Shown in pieces: positions 1 to 9,761 of a stretch of 64,000 nt of DNA. The notes under the pieces are model-generated. The model worked only from the letters and a program-made list of their open reading frames with translations. It searched no databases and was not told the DNA's origin. The stretch spans positions 17,160-81,159 of the forward strand of contig CALXKN010000008.1 of assembly GCA_944388995.1 (NCBI GenBank), read 5' to 3'. A program made the translations under genes and the position numbers. This stretch comes from an uncultured Spirochaetota bacterium (GTDB lineage: Bacteria; Spirochaetota; Spirochaetia; JAFGXN01). The stretch's first letter is position 1. Every line of letters starts with the position of its first letter.

Positions 1-1
1 G

Positions 2-826
2 CATTCGGTAGCGTTTCAGGGTGAGCACGGTGCGTTCAGCGAAATCGCACTGAAAAAATTTTTCGATCCTGAAAAATACTGCTCTCTGCCGTGTAAAACT
101 TTTCACGATGTTTTCGAATCGGTTCTGAAAGGCGAAGCCGAATTCGGTATTGTTCCGATTGAAAATTCGCTGGCTGGGTCGATTCATACAAACTACGATT
201 TACTGCTGCGCTATCCCGACCTGACGATTTGCGGCGAAACAAAAATTCGCGTTTCACACAACCTTATCGGTATCAAAACCACAGAATTGAAAAATATCAA
301 ACGGGTTTATTCGCATCCTCAGGCGCTTAGTCAGTGCGCGCGGTTTATCGAAGAGCACGGTTACCGGACATTCGCCGTTGTCGATACGTCGGGCTCCGTC
401 GCCATGGTGAAAGAGATGAACGACCCGCAGGCGGCCGCCATTGCCGGCGACGCGGCGGCCGAATACTGGGACATGAAAATCCTCAAACCGGGAATCGAGT
501 CCGATCCGAAAAATTTCACCCGTTTCTACATCGTCTGCCGCAAAGAAAACAAACCGAAAACCGAAAATCCGGACAAAGTGTCGATTGTCTTTTCAACAAA
601 GGACGAACCGGGCGCCTTGCTGAAAATTCTGAAAATCTTTGCCGACGGCGGCCTGAACCTTTCCAAACTCGAATCGCGGCCGATTTTCGGCAAACCGTGG
701 GAATACCTTTTCTACGCCGCTCTCGATACGGACGGAAAAACCGACACAAAGGGGATTTTCGAAAGCGTCAAAGACCACTCCGAATTTTTTAAAGTGCTCG
801 GCAGCTTTAAAAAAATGCAGGACTGA
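2..826 (+). CDS. pheA: prephenate dehydratase, 5' end cut by window edge (PDT domain + C-terminal ACT domain)
   Basis: Frame 2 is open from base 2. Translation reads HSVAFQGEHGAFSEIA..GIVPIENSLAGSI..YSHPQALSQC..TRFYIV..ESRP, which are typical PDT/ACT motifs. The track ORF 287..826 is only the part after an internal TTG. Confidence 0.85.
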   Translation, partial: HSVAFQGEHGAFSEIALKKFFDPEKYCSLPCKTFHDVFESVLKGEAEFGIVPIENSLAGSIHTNYDLLLRYPDLTICGETKIRVSHNLIGIKTTELKNIKRVYSHPQALSQCARFIEEHGYRTFAVVDTSGSVAMVKEMNDPQAAAIAGDAAAEYWDMKILKPGIESDPKNFTRFYIVCRKENKPKTENPDKVSIVFSTKDEPGALLKILKIFADGGLNLSKLESRPIFGKPWEYLFYAALDTDGKTDTKGIFESVKDHSEFFKVLGSFKKMQD

Positions 827-830
827 AATC

Positions 831-864
831 CGGCGGCAGTCAGCAGACTGTCCGCCGTTTTTTT
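831..864. terminator. stem-loop plus T-run between convergent pheA and the membrane-protein gene
   Basis: CGGCGGCAGTC-AGCA-GACTGTCCGCCG is followed by TTTTTTT. Confidence 0.6.
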
Positions 865-2429
865 ATTTTTCTTTTGAAATACAGATAACCAAATGTTATC
901 GGCAAAAAAGCTCCGATCAGTAATAAGCAGGCATAAAGCGCTAAATTTAAAAAATTCCACTGTATTGTTTTCAGAACGGGAAGAACCTGAAAAAAAACTC
1001 CCGCCGCAATTAACAGAACAAGAACAGAACATCCCCATTTGAAAATCAAAACAAACGGAGACCGTCCTAAAACAATTTTATTAACCGTAAACATCTGTAG
1101 CAAATCATACGTTAAAAACGATACGACAGGAGCTGTACTGACCGTTAAAAGCTGCTTATCCGGCGTTTCAAAAATAAGCAGTCCGACAATGGAAAATGTA
1201 AAAATGACGACAGCCTCAATAACAGCGATATACTTTGTCTTTTTATAATTTCCGGTAATATCGATTAAAATTGTAAAAGGAATCCTTATGCTTCTGAAAT
1301 AGTAGTGCGCGGAAAACAGAACCATCAGTGAAATAATCGAATAATCGGGCTTGTCGTGCAGATACCACTGCATAAACGGATAAAATCCGAACAGCAGTAA
1401 TATTGTAAAACAAGTAATCAGAATAAATGAAAAATTTTCATATTTCTTATATATAAGAGAAAACCGTTCTTTATTTTCGTTAAGTAAATTCCCCAAAGAA
1501 TTTTGAGGCGCCCGCAGCATTAACCCGGCAATAATGCTCACATAACCGATTAGCAAATAATAGACGCTGTATACAGAAACCGTTTTTAATGTAGAGAAAA
1601 ATGACAGCAGAATCGGAATTGTATTAAAAACCAATAAATCCGCTATTTTATGCGGAAGCAAGTCTTTTGTCATTCCGAAAATAGATGTGTCTTTTTCTTC
1701 CTTGTGCCTGTATAAAAACGGATAATGTCTGCGTACATAAGTGACGGTTATCAGCGATGAAAGAAAAGAAATCCCCGCTTTACAACATAAAATAACAATA
1801 TATAAAAAATTTTTATCCGTTTCAGGAAAAAACCGAACCGAATAAAAAATAATAATTGAAACCAACGGAATTCCCAGTGATGAAAAAATTCCTAAAATTC
1901 GTTGAATATAACCCTTTTGATTTGCCGTCAAAAACAACGATTCGGGAGCGGAAATAAAATATCCGTATATAGAAGAAAGACCCAACAGTAAAATTGTTAA
2001 AAAAGGCAAAATAAAAGGGAATTGTCCGCTACGGACATCTTTTATAAGAAAAGGATATAAAAAAGCCGCTGTTATCAACAAGGTTGCAAAAACATACCCT
2101 ATGCGTCTCATAATAATTTTTGCGCCGTTAAAAACAGCGCAAATTCTCAGCGTATCCCGCTCCGCCAACGGCTTGTAAAAATGAAAAATAAAAGCAGATC
2201 CGACGCCTAATTCGATAATATTCAAATAAGCCAAAACCTGCCCGGCTGTGCTTTGCAGTCCGTTGATTTCATCTCCCAGAACGGATAAAAAAAGCCGTAC
2301 TTCAAAAAACTTCAGAAATACGGTTCCGATCATAAACAAAGTCGGTATGAAAAAATTATAAAAGGTGTTTTTCTTTCTGGACTCGCCGGCCATGGAATAG
2401 AGTAAAACACAGAAAGCCGATATTGTCAA
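840..2429 (-). CDS. polytopic membrane protein, oligosaccharide/polysaccharide flippase-like (MOP/Wzx-type, tentative)
   Basis: 529-aa ORF, hydrophobic throughout with a dozen or more predicted TM segments. The size and topology resemble Wzx/MOP exporters. No diagnostic motif was recognised. Confidence 0.45.
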   Translation of the reverse strand: MTISAFCVLLYSMAGESRKKNTFYNFFIPTLFMIGTVFLKFFEVRLFLSVLGDEINGLQSTAGQVLAYLNIIELGVGSAFIFHFYKPLAERDTLRICAVFNGAKIIMRRIGYVFATLLITAAFLYPFLIKDVRSGQFPFILPFLTILLLGLSSIYGYFISAPESLFLTANQKGYIQRILGIFSSLGIPLVSIIIFYSVRFFPETDKNFLYIVILCCKAGISFLSSLITVTYVRRHYPFLYRHKEEKDTSIFGMTKDLLPHKIADLLVFNTIPILLSFFSTLKTVSVYSVYYLLIGYVSIIAGLMLRAPQNSLGNLLNENKERFSLIYKKYENFSFILITCFTILLLFGFYPFMQWYLHDKPDYSIISLMVLFSAHYYFRSIRIPFTILIDITGNYKKTKYIAVIEAVVIFTFSIVGLLIFETPDKQLLTVSTAPVVSFLTYDLLQMFTVNKIVLGRSPFVLIFKWGCSVLVLLIAAGVFFQVLPVLKTIQWNFLNLALYACLLLIGAFLPITFGYLYFKRKIKKRRTVC

Positions 2430-2744
2430 TTATTGCAATAACAAGAAGTTCCGTTCAAGGCGCTCCGGTTACCGGCGTATATTCTCCGGTAAGGGAATAT
2501 TGTTTTACCCGGAAATGCCATGTTTATATGCCTCTCCGATAAACATGAAGAAACAAAAAAGAAAGAATTCTTTTTCCAATATCTTTAAACAAATAAGGAA
2601 TCATTTCTTCCTTTGTTTTCGGAAAAAAAGACCTTCGGAATACAGTTCTTTCTAATTTTGTTTGCGTCAAAATAAACAGACAGCAAAAGTTCGCCAAAGA
2701 AACCCACCAATAATCATACATTGCGGTTGCATTATATAATAAAA

Positions 2745-3389
2745 TTATTTCACCTGCAAGAGACTGATAATCGCCTGGTTGCGGTTTAAAACCGGATTGA
2801 CAAGAGCGTAGTCGTAAGCGGTGCGGCCGGAGTAGTCGGTGAGGGAAATGTCGGCGCCGCCGTTAATCAGAGCGATGATAATCTGCGGATTGTAACTTTC
2901 ATCGGCGGCAATCATCAGCGCGGTCTGACCGTCTTCGTCCTGTAAATCGGGATTGGCGCCCGCTTCCAACAGCGCGACAATGATATCCGGATTGCTATTT
3001 TCCTCAGCCGCACACATCAGCGCCGTTTCGCCGTCTTCTTCGACGGCATTCACGTCGGCTCCGAGACGGATCAGCGTTTTAATGATTTCGACATTACGGT
3101 TTTTTTCAGCCGCCATCATCAAAGCGGTCTTCTGATCTTCCTCGCGGGCGTTGACGTCGATTCCGAGTCCGACCAGCCATTCGATCACTTCGGGATGCTG
3201 ATTGCGTTCCGCGGCAATCATCAGTGCGGTTTCCATGTCATCAAAACGGAAAGTGAAGTCGGCTCCCGCGTCGCGGGCGGCCTGCAACTCCTTCACCGTT
3301 GCAACCCGCAGCAAATCTTCAAGATAATTTGCAAAAAGCAGAGACGGTAAAAATAAAAGAACTGCCAATAAGCCGACTTTTTTCATCAA
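2745..3389 (-). CDS. secreted ankyrin-repeat protein
   Basis: N-terminal signal peptide MMKKVGLLAVLLFLPSLLFA. This is followed by five or more units of the form TALMxAAxxNxNPxIIxxLxxxGADVN. Confidence 0.85.
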   Translation of the reverse strand: MMKKVGLLAVLLFLPSLLFANYLEDLLRVATVKELQAARDAGADFTFRFDDMETALMIAAERNQHPEVIEWLVGLGIDVNAREEDQKTALMMAAEKNRNVEIIKTLIRLGADVNAVEEDGETALMCAAEENSNPDIIVALLEAGANPDLQDEDGQTALMIAADESYNPQIIIALINGGADISLTDYSGRTAYDYALVNPVLNRNQAIISLLQVK

Positions 3390-3448
3390 TTAAAGATACC
3401 ACGAGAAATTCTTTTTGTACAGAGCGGCGGTTTAAATATAATGAAAAT

Positions 3449-3781
3449 TTAATCTGTTTTTAAAGGAATCCACAGCTGGTAAGCGGTTTGTCCGTCCTCA
3501 AAAACCGTCCGGAAAACCGCCTGCTCAGGCCGGATTCCGATATTTTTATGAAGACAGAAGCTCTCCAAATCCGCCCGGTTTTGAGCGATAAAATCATCAG
3601 AAAGCGGTTCCCTCGACTGAAGAAAGACGTAAACGCCGCGGGGAATTGTCTTTCCGCCCTCCGGAGAACGGACGTAAAGCGCGGTTTCGCCGAAAAACCG
3701 GACGGTTTCCGCCGCGTTTTCATGACTTGCGGACGAGTAAAAAAAATCTTCGTACAAGCGCAGCCGTTTCCAGTTCAGCAT
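3449..3781 (-). CDS. hypothetical small protein, overlaps the pepD stop
   Basis: 110-aa ORF whose start overlaps the 3' end of pepD by 7 nt (operon-like). No family was recognised. Confidence 0.4.
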   Translation of the reverse strand: MLNWKRLRLYEDFFYSSASHENAAETVRFFGETALYVRSPEGGKTIPRGVYVFLQSREPLSDDFIAQNRADLESFCLHKNIGIRPEQAVFRTVFEDGQTAYQLWIPLKTD

Positions 3782-5196
3782 AGCGATAAAAGCATTTTCA
3801 GAACTTCGTAGGTACGGTCGGCAGAAGCGACGTCAAGAAATTCGCTGACCGAATGGACGTTTTCTGTCTGCGGTCCGAAGGAAATCATGTCAAGCCGCGG
3901 TTTCAGCGAAGCAAAGATTCCGCACTCCAATCCGGCGTGGATGACGGCAATCTGCGGCGGGCGGCCGGTTACTTTACGGAAGGCGGTCTGCGCCAGCTCT
4001 GACAGCGGCGATCGGGAAGCCGGTTCCCACATCGGATATTCGTCGGTTTTTTCGGCCTGAAAGCCGCAGGCGGCAAAAACGGCCGCGGTTTTTTCTTTGA
4101 CGGCGTTCAGTCCGCCGGCCGTCAGCGATCGGACGGAAACGGTCACCTGAACTTCTCCCCCTTCTTTGCAGCGGACAACCGCGACGTTGGCCGAAGTCTC
4201 CACCGTATCCGCAAAACGGCGGCTCATGGTTCCGACGCCGTTCGGCAGCGACGTTAAAAGCCGCAGAAGCGTTCCGCTTTCGTCAGCCGGAAAACATTCG
4301 GTTTCGGAAACCGGTGAAAGTCTGAATTCCGCTTCTTTCGGTAAAAATCCGGAAAGCCGCATCTGAAGTTCGGCCGCCGTCAGAGCGGTATTGACAACCG
4401 CCGACGAGCGCGACGGAATGACGTTGTGTTTGTCTCCGCCTTCAAAAGAAGCGATCCGAACGGGAGAGGTCCTGTTTACCTCCGCCAACGCTGCGGCGAG
4501 TGCGACAACCGCGTTCGGCCGGTTTTTACCGATGTCGCTTCCCGAATGACCGCCGGGAAGTCCGCTCAGTTCAATCCGGAAAAAACCCGCGGATTCTCCT
4601 TTTTCCCGTCTGATTTTCCGTCGGCCGCAAAACGTCGCGCCGCCGGCGCAGCCGACAATGATGACGCCGTCTTCTTCGGAATCCAGATTGATCAGCCGGT
4701 CGAAAGCAAGCGTTTCGGCGGACAGGGCGGCCGCACCGCAGAGACCTTCCTCTTCGCAGACGGTGAACAGCAGCCGCAGCGGCGGGTGAACGGCCTGCGG
4801 ATCATCGCATAACGCCAGCGCCATTGCCAGCGCTATGCCGTTATCGGCTCCCAACGACGTTCCGTCGGCCGAAAGCCGCTTTCCGTCGTCAATAACCGGA
4901 ATCGGATCGCGTTCAAAATCGACCGGCGAGGTTTCCGTTTTGACGCAGACCATGTCCATATGCCCCTGAATGAGGACGCCCGCATGCGTTTCAAAGCCGG
5001 CCGCCGCGGGAACGTCAATGCTCAGATTGCCGGCGCCGTCAACCGAATGCGCAAATTTTTTTTCTTCGGCAAACCGAATCAAATAACCGCGGATTTTTTC
5101 CTCCTTTCCGGACGGCCGCGGGATTTTCGCGATTTCCAAAAAGTAATCTTTCCAAGTCATCGTTCCGATTATACCGTTTTTTAAAAACGCGGACAA
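3775..5196 (-). CDS. pepD: aminoacyl-histidine dipeptidase (peptidase M20C, PepD-like)
   Basis: 473 aa. IPRPSGKEEKI...GHMDMVCVK...GADNGIALA...EEEGLCGA are motifs typical of Xaa-His dipeptidase. Confidence 0.8.
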   Translation of the reverse strand: MSAFLKNGIIGTMTWKDYFLEIAKIPRPSGKEEKIRGYLIRFAEEKKFAHSVDGAGNLSIDVPAAAGFETHAGVLIQGHMDMVCVKTETSPVDFERDPIPVIDDGKRLSADGTSLGADNGIALAMALALCDDPQAVHPPLRLLFTVCEEEGLCGAAALSAETLAFDRLINLDSEEDGVIIVGCAGGATFCGRRKIRREKGESAGFFRIELSGLPGGHSGSDIGKNRPNAVVALAAALAEVNRTSPVRIASFEGGDKHNVIPSRSSAVVNTALTAAELQMRLSGFLPKEAEFRLSPVSETECFPADESGTLLRLLTSLPNGVGTMSRRFADTVETSANVAVVRCKEGGEVQVTVSVRSLTAGGLNAVKEKTAAVFAACGFQAEKTDEYPMWEPASRSPLSELAQTAFRKVTGRPPQIAVIHAGLECGIFASLKPRLDMISFGPQTENVHSVSEFLDVASADRTYEVLKMLLSLC

Positions 5197-5300
5197 GCGG
5201 AGTTAAAAGAGAAAATCGGGAAAAAACGTCCGGAATTTCTGTTTTAAACCGGAAAATTTCCCCCGCTTGCAAGATTTACTTTAAAAAGGTATAGTCGGTT

Positions 5301-6020
5301 ATGGGCGAATTGTACATGGTGGCCACACCGATCGGAAATCTCGGTGACATTACGCTGCGCGCGCTTGAAACGCTGAAATCGGTCGATTTGATCGCGTGCG
5401 AAGACACCCGCCGCACGCTGCAGCTTTTAAACCGTTTTTCGATTGCCAAAAAACTGATCAGCTGCCGGGCTCAGAACGAAGCGGCCGCCGCGCAAACCGT
5501 CTGCCGCGCCCTGGAAGCGGGGCAGTCGGTGGCCTACTGCAGCGATGCGGGAACTCCCGGCGTCAGCGACCCCGGAGCGCGTCTGGCGCAGACCGTCCGC
5601 CGGAACGGTTTCCGCGTCGTACCGATTCCGGGAGCGTCGGCAGTTACTGCGTTAATCAGCGTCTCTGCAACGGAAAGTAAAGGCTTTCGATTTGAAGGCT
5701 TTCTCAGTCCGAAAGAAGGCCGCCGTAAACGACGTCTCGAAGAGCTGATGAACGGCGACGTTCCGTTTATTCTGTACGAATCTCCGTTCCGCATTATTAA
5801 ACTTTTGCACAACATAGCCGATACAGACAGTGAACGGCTTATTACCGTCGGCCGCGAACTGACGAAACAGCATGAAGAAATCGCCGAAGGAACGGCCGCT
5901 TCGATTCTGAATTTATTTGAATCGAGAAATATGATCAAAGGCGAGTGGGTTTTACTGATAAACGGAAAAAAAGAGTTAAAGTCGGAAATCAAAAAAACCG
6001 ATAATAAAAAAGAGAGGTAA
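5301..6020 (+). CDS. rsmI: 16S rRNA (cytidine1402-2'-O)-methyltransferase
   Basis: LYMVATPIGNLGDITLRALETLKSVDLIACEDTRRT is the canonical RsmI N-terminus. Length is 239 aa. Confidence 0.85.
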   Translation: MGELYMVATPIGNLGDITLRALETLKSVDLIACEDTRRTLQLLNRFSIAKKLISCRAQNEAAAAQTVCRALEAGQSVAYCSDAGTPGVSDPGARLAQTVRRNGFRVVPIPGASAVTALISVSATESKGFRFEGFLSPKEGRRKRRLEELMNGDVPFILYESPFRIIKLLHNIADTDSERLITVGRELTKQHEEIAEGTAASILNLFESRNMIKGEWVLLINGKKELKSEIKKTDNKKER

Positions 6021-6022
6021 TC

Positions 6023-6304
6023 ATGTTGGGAAAAATCAACGGAATCAATCCAATTTCTAATACGACTCGAATCGAAGAAACGGTAAAAACGAAATCGGTT
6101 GCGGGATCCGATTCTATTTCGATTTCTTCCGATGCCGAAAAAATGAGCCGCCTTCACGCCCTGTGCGAAAAAGTAGCTCAAACTCCCGATATCCGCCAGG
6201 ACAAAATCGACGAGGTGATGAATCAAATGAAAAATCCGGACTTCATCAACGACAAGGTTTTATCCGTTGTTGCGGATAAGTTAATGGAGATTTTCAAAAT
6301 CTGA
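6023..6304 (+). CDS. flgM: anti-sigma-28 factor FlgM-like
   Basis: 93 aa. The C-terminal DIRQDKIDEVMNQMKNPDFINDKVLSVVADKLM resembles the FlgM sigma-28 binding helix pattern. Confidence 0.65.
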   Translation: MLGKINGINPISNTTRIEETVKTKSVAGSDSISISSDAEKMSRLHALCEKVAQTPDIRQDKIDEVMNQMKNPDFINDKVLSVVADKLMEIFKI

Positions 6305-6330
6305 AAACCGGCTTTTGCCGGTTTTTTTTT
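6304..6330 (+). terminator. rho-independent terminator after flgM
   Basis: AAAACCGGC-TTTT-GCCGGTTTT is followed by a T-run. Confidence 0.7.
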
Positions 6331-6389
6331 ATCTCCGGCGCGGTGAAAGAAAGGGTTGAAAAAACGAATTTTTCCGTCTATAATGCGTT

Positions 6390-7145
6390 ATGAAGTTGAA
6401 AGAGCTTTGCGCCTATTACGAATCGCTGCTGCGGATTTCCGAAACCGACGACATCAGCCTGAACGGACTTCAGGTCGGCGACGACGAGGCGGAAATCAAA
6501 ACCGTCGCGTTTGCCGTTGACGCGGCGAAGGAAACCATCGGAAAAGCGGCCGATGCGGGCGCCGATTTGCTCTTTGTTCATCACGGTCTGTTTTGGGGGA
6601 AGCCGTACCCGCTGACCGGCTCCGTTTACAGACGTTTTGATTTGCTTTTCCGGCGGCCGCTGGCGTTGTTTGCCGTTCATCTTCCGCTGGATCTGCACCC
6701 GACGCTCGGCAACAACGCCCGGCTGGCGCAGACGCTCGGCCTGCGGAATCTCCGCCCGTTCGGCGAATACCGCGGCGTTAAAATCGGTTTCAAAGGGGAG
6801 TGGAGCCAACCGCTTTCAGTTGACGACGTCCTCGGCCGTTTGGGGCTGACCCGCGGCGACTGCCTGAAAGTGTACGGCTTCGGCAAAAAAGAAGTTCGGA
6901 ACGCCGCCGTCATTTCGGGCGGAGCGGTCGACGAACTCTCCCAAGCGGTCGCCGAAAACCTCGATTTGTACATCACGGGCGACGCCGGACACGAGATTTA
7001 CCACTTCTGCAAAGAATCGCATATCAATATGCTGAGTATCGGTCACTACGCAAGCGAAACTTACGGCGTGAAAGCCGTCGCCGCCCAAACGGAAAAAGAC
7101 TGCGGTTTGAAAACGCTGTTTATCGATTGTCCGACCGGACTGTAG
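6390..7145 (+). CDS. Nif3-like dinuclear metal centre protein (GTP cyclohydrolase 1 type 2 homolog)
   Basis: 251 aa with NGLQVG near the N-terminus, the HHGLFW motif and C-terminal GHYASE. This is the NIF3/YbgI family pattern. Confidence 0.8.
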   Translation: MKLKELCAYYESLLRISETDDISLNGLQVGDDEAEIKTVAFAVDAAKETIGKAADAGADLLFVHHGLFWGKPYPLTGSVYRRFDLLFRRPLALFAVHLPLDLHPTLGNNARLAQTLGLRNLRPFGEYRGVKIGFKGEWSQPLSVDDVLGRLGLTRGDCLKVYGFGKKEVRNAAVISGGAVDELSQAVAENLDLYITGDAGHEIYHFCKESHINMLSIGHYASETYGVKAVAAQTEKDCGLKTLFIDCPTGL

Positions 7146-7153
7146 GAGATTTT

Positions 7154-7795
7154 ATGGGAATCATTGCTAAAAAGAAAAAAGACAAAAAAAGTTTTCAAAC
7201 CGTTTTGAAGGAATTTCCGTCCGAAGTGAAAAAAAATTGGAAAATGAAGACGGCGATTTTGATGATTGCACCGATTGCGCTGCTGATCGATCAGATTACA
7301 AAATCGTTGGTCGTCCGCTTCATTCCGCTTTACGGTTCGCTTTGGGGCGATCCTTACGAAGGGATTCTGCGCATTATTCACGTCCGCAATACGGCGATCG
7401 CTTTCGGTTTGGGACGCGGTTTTGCCGACGAGGTGAAAGCGGTTCTGTTTATTCTGCTGCCGCTGATCATCGTCGTCGCGCTGATTGTTTATTCACTTTA
7501 CAAAAACGAACAGCCGCTTTATCAGCGGATTGCGTTTGCGCTGATTATCGGCGGCGGTTTGGGAAATCTGACGGACCGGATTTTCCGGCCCGGAAACGTC
7601 GTTGATTTTGTTGACACGGTTTGGTTCGGTATCGACGCGCTGCGCGATATTCCGCTTCTCAAGCTGCTGTCGTATGAACGGTGGCCGACCTGGAATTTTG
7701 CCGACGCCTGCGTTGTCGCCGCCGTCGCCATTCTTTTGGTCGGAATGATTGCCGAAGAAATTCAAATGAAGAAAAAAAAGAAACGGCCGGCTTAA
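7154..7795 (+). CDS. lspA: lipoprotein signal peptidase II
   Basis: NTAIAFGLG...GGGLGNLTDRI...VVDFVD...WPTWNFADA motifs. The ATG at 7154 follows AGGAG at 7144-7148. The track start at 7127 overlaps the upstream gene. Confidence 0.85.
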   Translation: MGIIAKKKKDKKSFQTVLKEFPSEVKKNWKMKTAILMIAPIALLIDQITKSLVVRFIPLYGSLWGDPYEGILRIIHVRNTAIAFGLGRGFADEVKAVLFILLPLIIVVALIVYSLYKNEQPLYQRIAFALIIGGGLGNLTDRIFRPGNVVDFVDTVWFGIDALRDIPLLKLLSYERWPTWNFADACVVAAVAILLVGMIAEEIQMKKKKKRPA

Positions 7796-8073
7796 ACGCC
7801 GACTGTTTCCGTTAACGCCGCAGTTTCCGCTTGAAATTCAGCAATCAGTTTTTCTTTTTGCTTTTTTGTCAGCTTTTTCAGGCGCGCCTCTTCCTTTAAT
7901 GCTTCCGGCCAGCCGGCTGTTTCGCGTAAAAAAACGACAGACAGCGGCTGACGGCCGCGGGTGTATTTGGCGCCTTTTCCGCTGCGGTGCTCTTCAAGCC
8001 GCGCCTTCCAGTCAGCCGCGGCTCCGGTGTAAAACGTTCCGTCACCGCAGGCCAGAATGTAAACGAATGCCAT
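7792..8073 (-). CDS. GIY-YIG nuclease-domain protein (UPF0213-like)
   Basis: MAFVYILACGDGTFYTGAAADWKARLEEHRSGKGAKYTRG is a GIY-YIG signature. Length is 93 aa. Confidence 0.8.
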   Translation of the reverse strand: MAFVYILACGDGTFYTGAAADWKARLEEHRSGKGAKYTRGRQPLSVVFLRETAGWPEALKEEARLKKLTKKQKEKLIAEFQAETAALTETVGV

Positions 8074-8076
8074 TTT

Positions 8077-9729
8077 TCAGTACCCGTCTGACTGGCTGCG
8101 GTTGATGTCCTTTTTGTACAGCTCGTTGTAGGCGAATCCGCGGTTTCTCAAATCGTCTTTGATTTCCTGCTTAAACGGCAGATACCGCCAAAAAATCTGA
8201 CGGACTTCCTTGTCAAGTTTCTGAATTCCGTGACTTTCCTTGGTAATCCAAATGACGTAATCGCGGATGAAATAATCTTTCAGATTACCTTTGAGTTTGT
8301 TATCATAAGCCCACTGATAGTAATTGCCGGTAATGCCTTCTTCCATCCAGTATTGAGCCGCCTTTTCCTTGGCAGTTTGCCAACGAAGATCGGCTACCGC
8401 AGTTAATACGGCAAATTCCAAATTTTTCGGATACATCGGAACGGCAACGCGGCCGCGGCTGGTAGCGCGGTTGTATTTTTCAAACGGCTCCCAACAGATT
8501 CCGAAATCCCCGTAACAAGGAACGGCAATGACATACGGTGGAATTCGATACTCTTCCCGTTTATACGGTCGCTTGAAAACCCCCGGTTCGATGTCTTCAA
8601 TTTTTGCCAAAATCCGCAAAATGTTTTCCCTGGTTCCCAAATTGTTTTTATCGGCAACAAAGTATGAAGAAAAGAAAATCGGAAAATGGTTTCCCTGACG
8701 ACCGACGCACATTTTCATCATCTGCCGAACGATTCCGAATTCCTCTTTCATGACATCTTCGTCAAAAACTGCGGAACTGCCGCCGGCTTCTGCAAGCGTT
8801 CCTTTCACCTGTTTGAGATTTTCCCGATACCGCTCCAAACTGTTCATGTCGGCGGTTAATTCGGCATCGATAGATTTGGCTTTTTGCATCAACATTCCGA
8901 ACTGATTAAATAGCTGCTTCTGCTGCGCATCATAAGGAAACAAAACACCGGGATATGACTGCGATTCTTTCTTTTGAAGGAAACAGGTCACCAACCGCTC
9001 CAACTCGGATTCCAGCTCCCTGCGCTGTGAAGATTTGGTTTTCGCATGATCGACGGTTGCCTGAATACTGGCTTCCACCCGCTGAATCTGTGATTCAAGA
9101 TGGCGGTTTTTGTTGTTGGCGTTAACGGTTTTCGTCTCGTCACCGGCAGAAGCTCCGATTTGGTTCTGTGCTACGCATTTCAGCCATTCGTCGACGTAAT
9201 ACACCGGGTTGTCGTTTTCTTTATCCAAAATCACGTGCGACAAAAGCAGTTTCGCATCACTGTTCATCAACGCCAAATTCAATACTCCGAAACGAATCAA
9301 ACCTTCCCGTTCCGGCGTCGGCTGCAGAATCATTTCGCGAATATGGTTTTCCAAAAAATTCCAAAAAGCGGAAATAACCTTTCCGCGGTACATGGTTTTT
9401 TCCTGCGAATCGGTCGCTTTTACGAATGCATTTAGATTTTTATGAAGAGCCGCCGCTTCCGTGCCGCCGTTTTCCAACAGCTTTCGGTAATAATCGGAAT
9501 CTTGGAAAAGACCGTTGGGGTCCGCCGAAAAAAATGAAGTAATTTCTTTGAATTGTGTTTGCGTTAAATCAACTGTCAGCCGCGTTTTTTTCTCTGCCTG
9601 CGGTTCATCCTGAGATCCGACCGTTTCTGAACCGCCGATGACATCGGAAGTTTCCGCATCGCGGTCGATTTGACCTTCAAACCGGTCAAGCATATCGCTC
9701 AAATCACCGAAATCATTCTGTTCGTCCAT
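8077..9729 (-). CDS. large hypothetical protein (acidic N-terminus, coiled-coil middle, Trp/Tyr-rich C-terminal domain)
   Basis: 550-aa uninterrupted ORF with good coding texture. No family was recognised. Confidence 0.6.
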   Translation of the reverse strand: MDEQNDFGDLSDMLDRFEGQIDRDAETSDVIGGSETVGSQDEPQAEKKTRLTVDLTQTQFKEITSFFSADPNGLFQDSDYYRKLLENGGTEAAALHKNLNAFVKATDSQEKTMYRGKVISAFWNFLENHIREMILQPTPEREGLIRFGVLNLALMNSDAKLLLSHVILDKENDNPVYYVDEWLKCVAQNQIGASAGDETKTVNANNKNRHLESQIQRVEASIQATVDHAKTKSSQRRELESELERLVTCFLQKKESQSYPGVLFPYDAQQKQLFNQFGMLMQKAKSIDAELTADMNSLERYRENLKQVKGTLAEAGGSSAVFDEDVMKEEFGIVRQMMKMCVGRQGNHFPIFFSSYFVADKNNLGTRENILRILAKIEDIEPGVFKRPYKREEYRIPPYVIAVPCYGDFGICWEPFEKYNRATSRGRVAVPMYPKNLEFAVLTAVADLRWQTAKEKAAQYWMEEGITGNYYQWAYDNKLKGNLKDYFIRDYVIWITKESHGIQKLDKEVRQIFWRYLPFKQEIKDDLRNRGFAYNELYKKDINRSQSDGY

Positions 9730-9761
9730 TTACTCCTCCTTTTTTCTGTCCTCTTCGGGAT

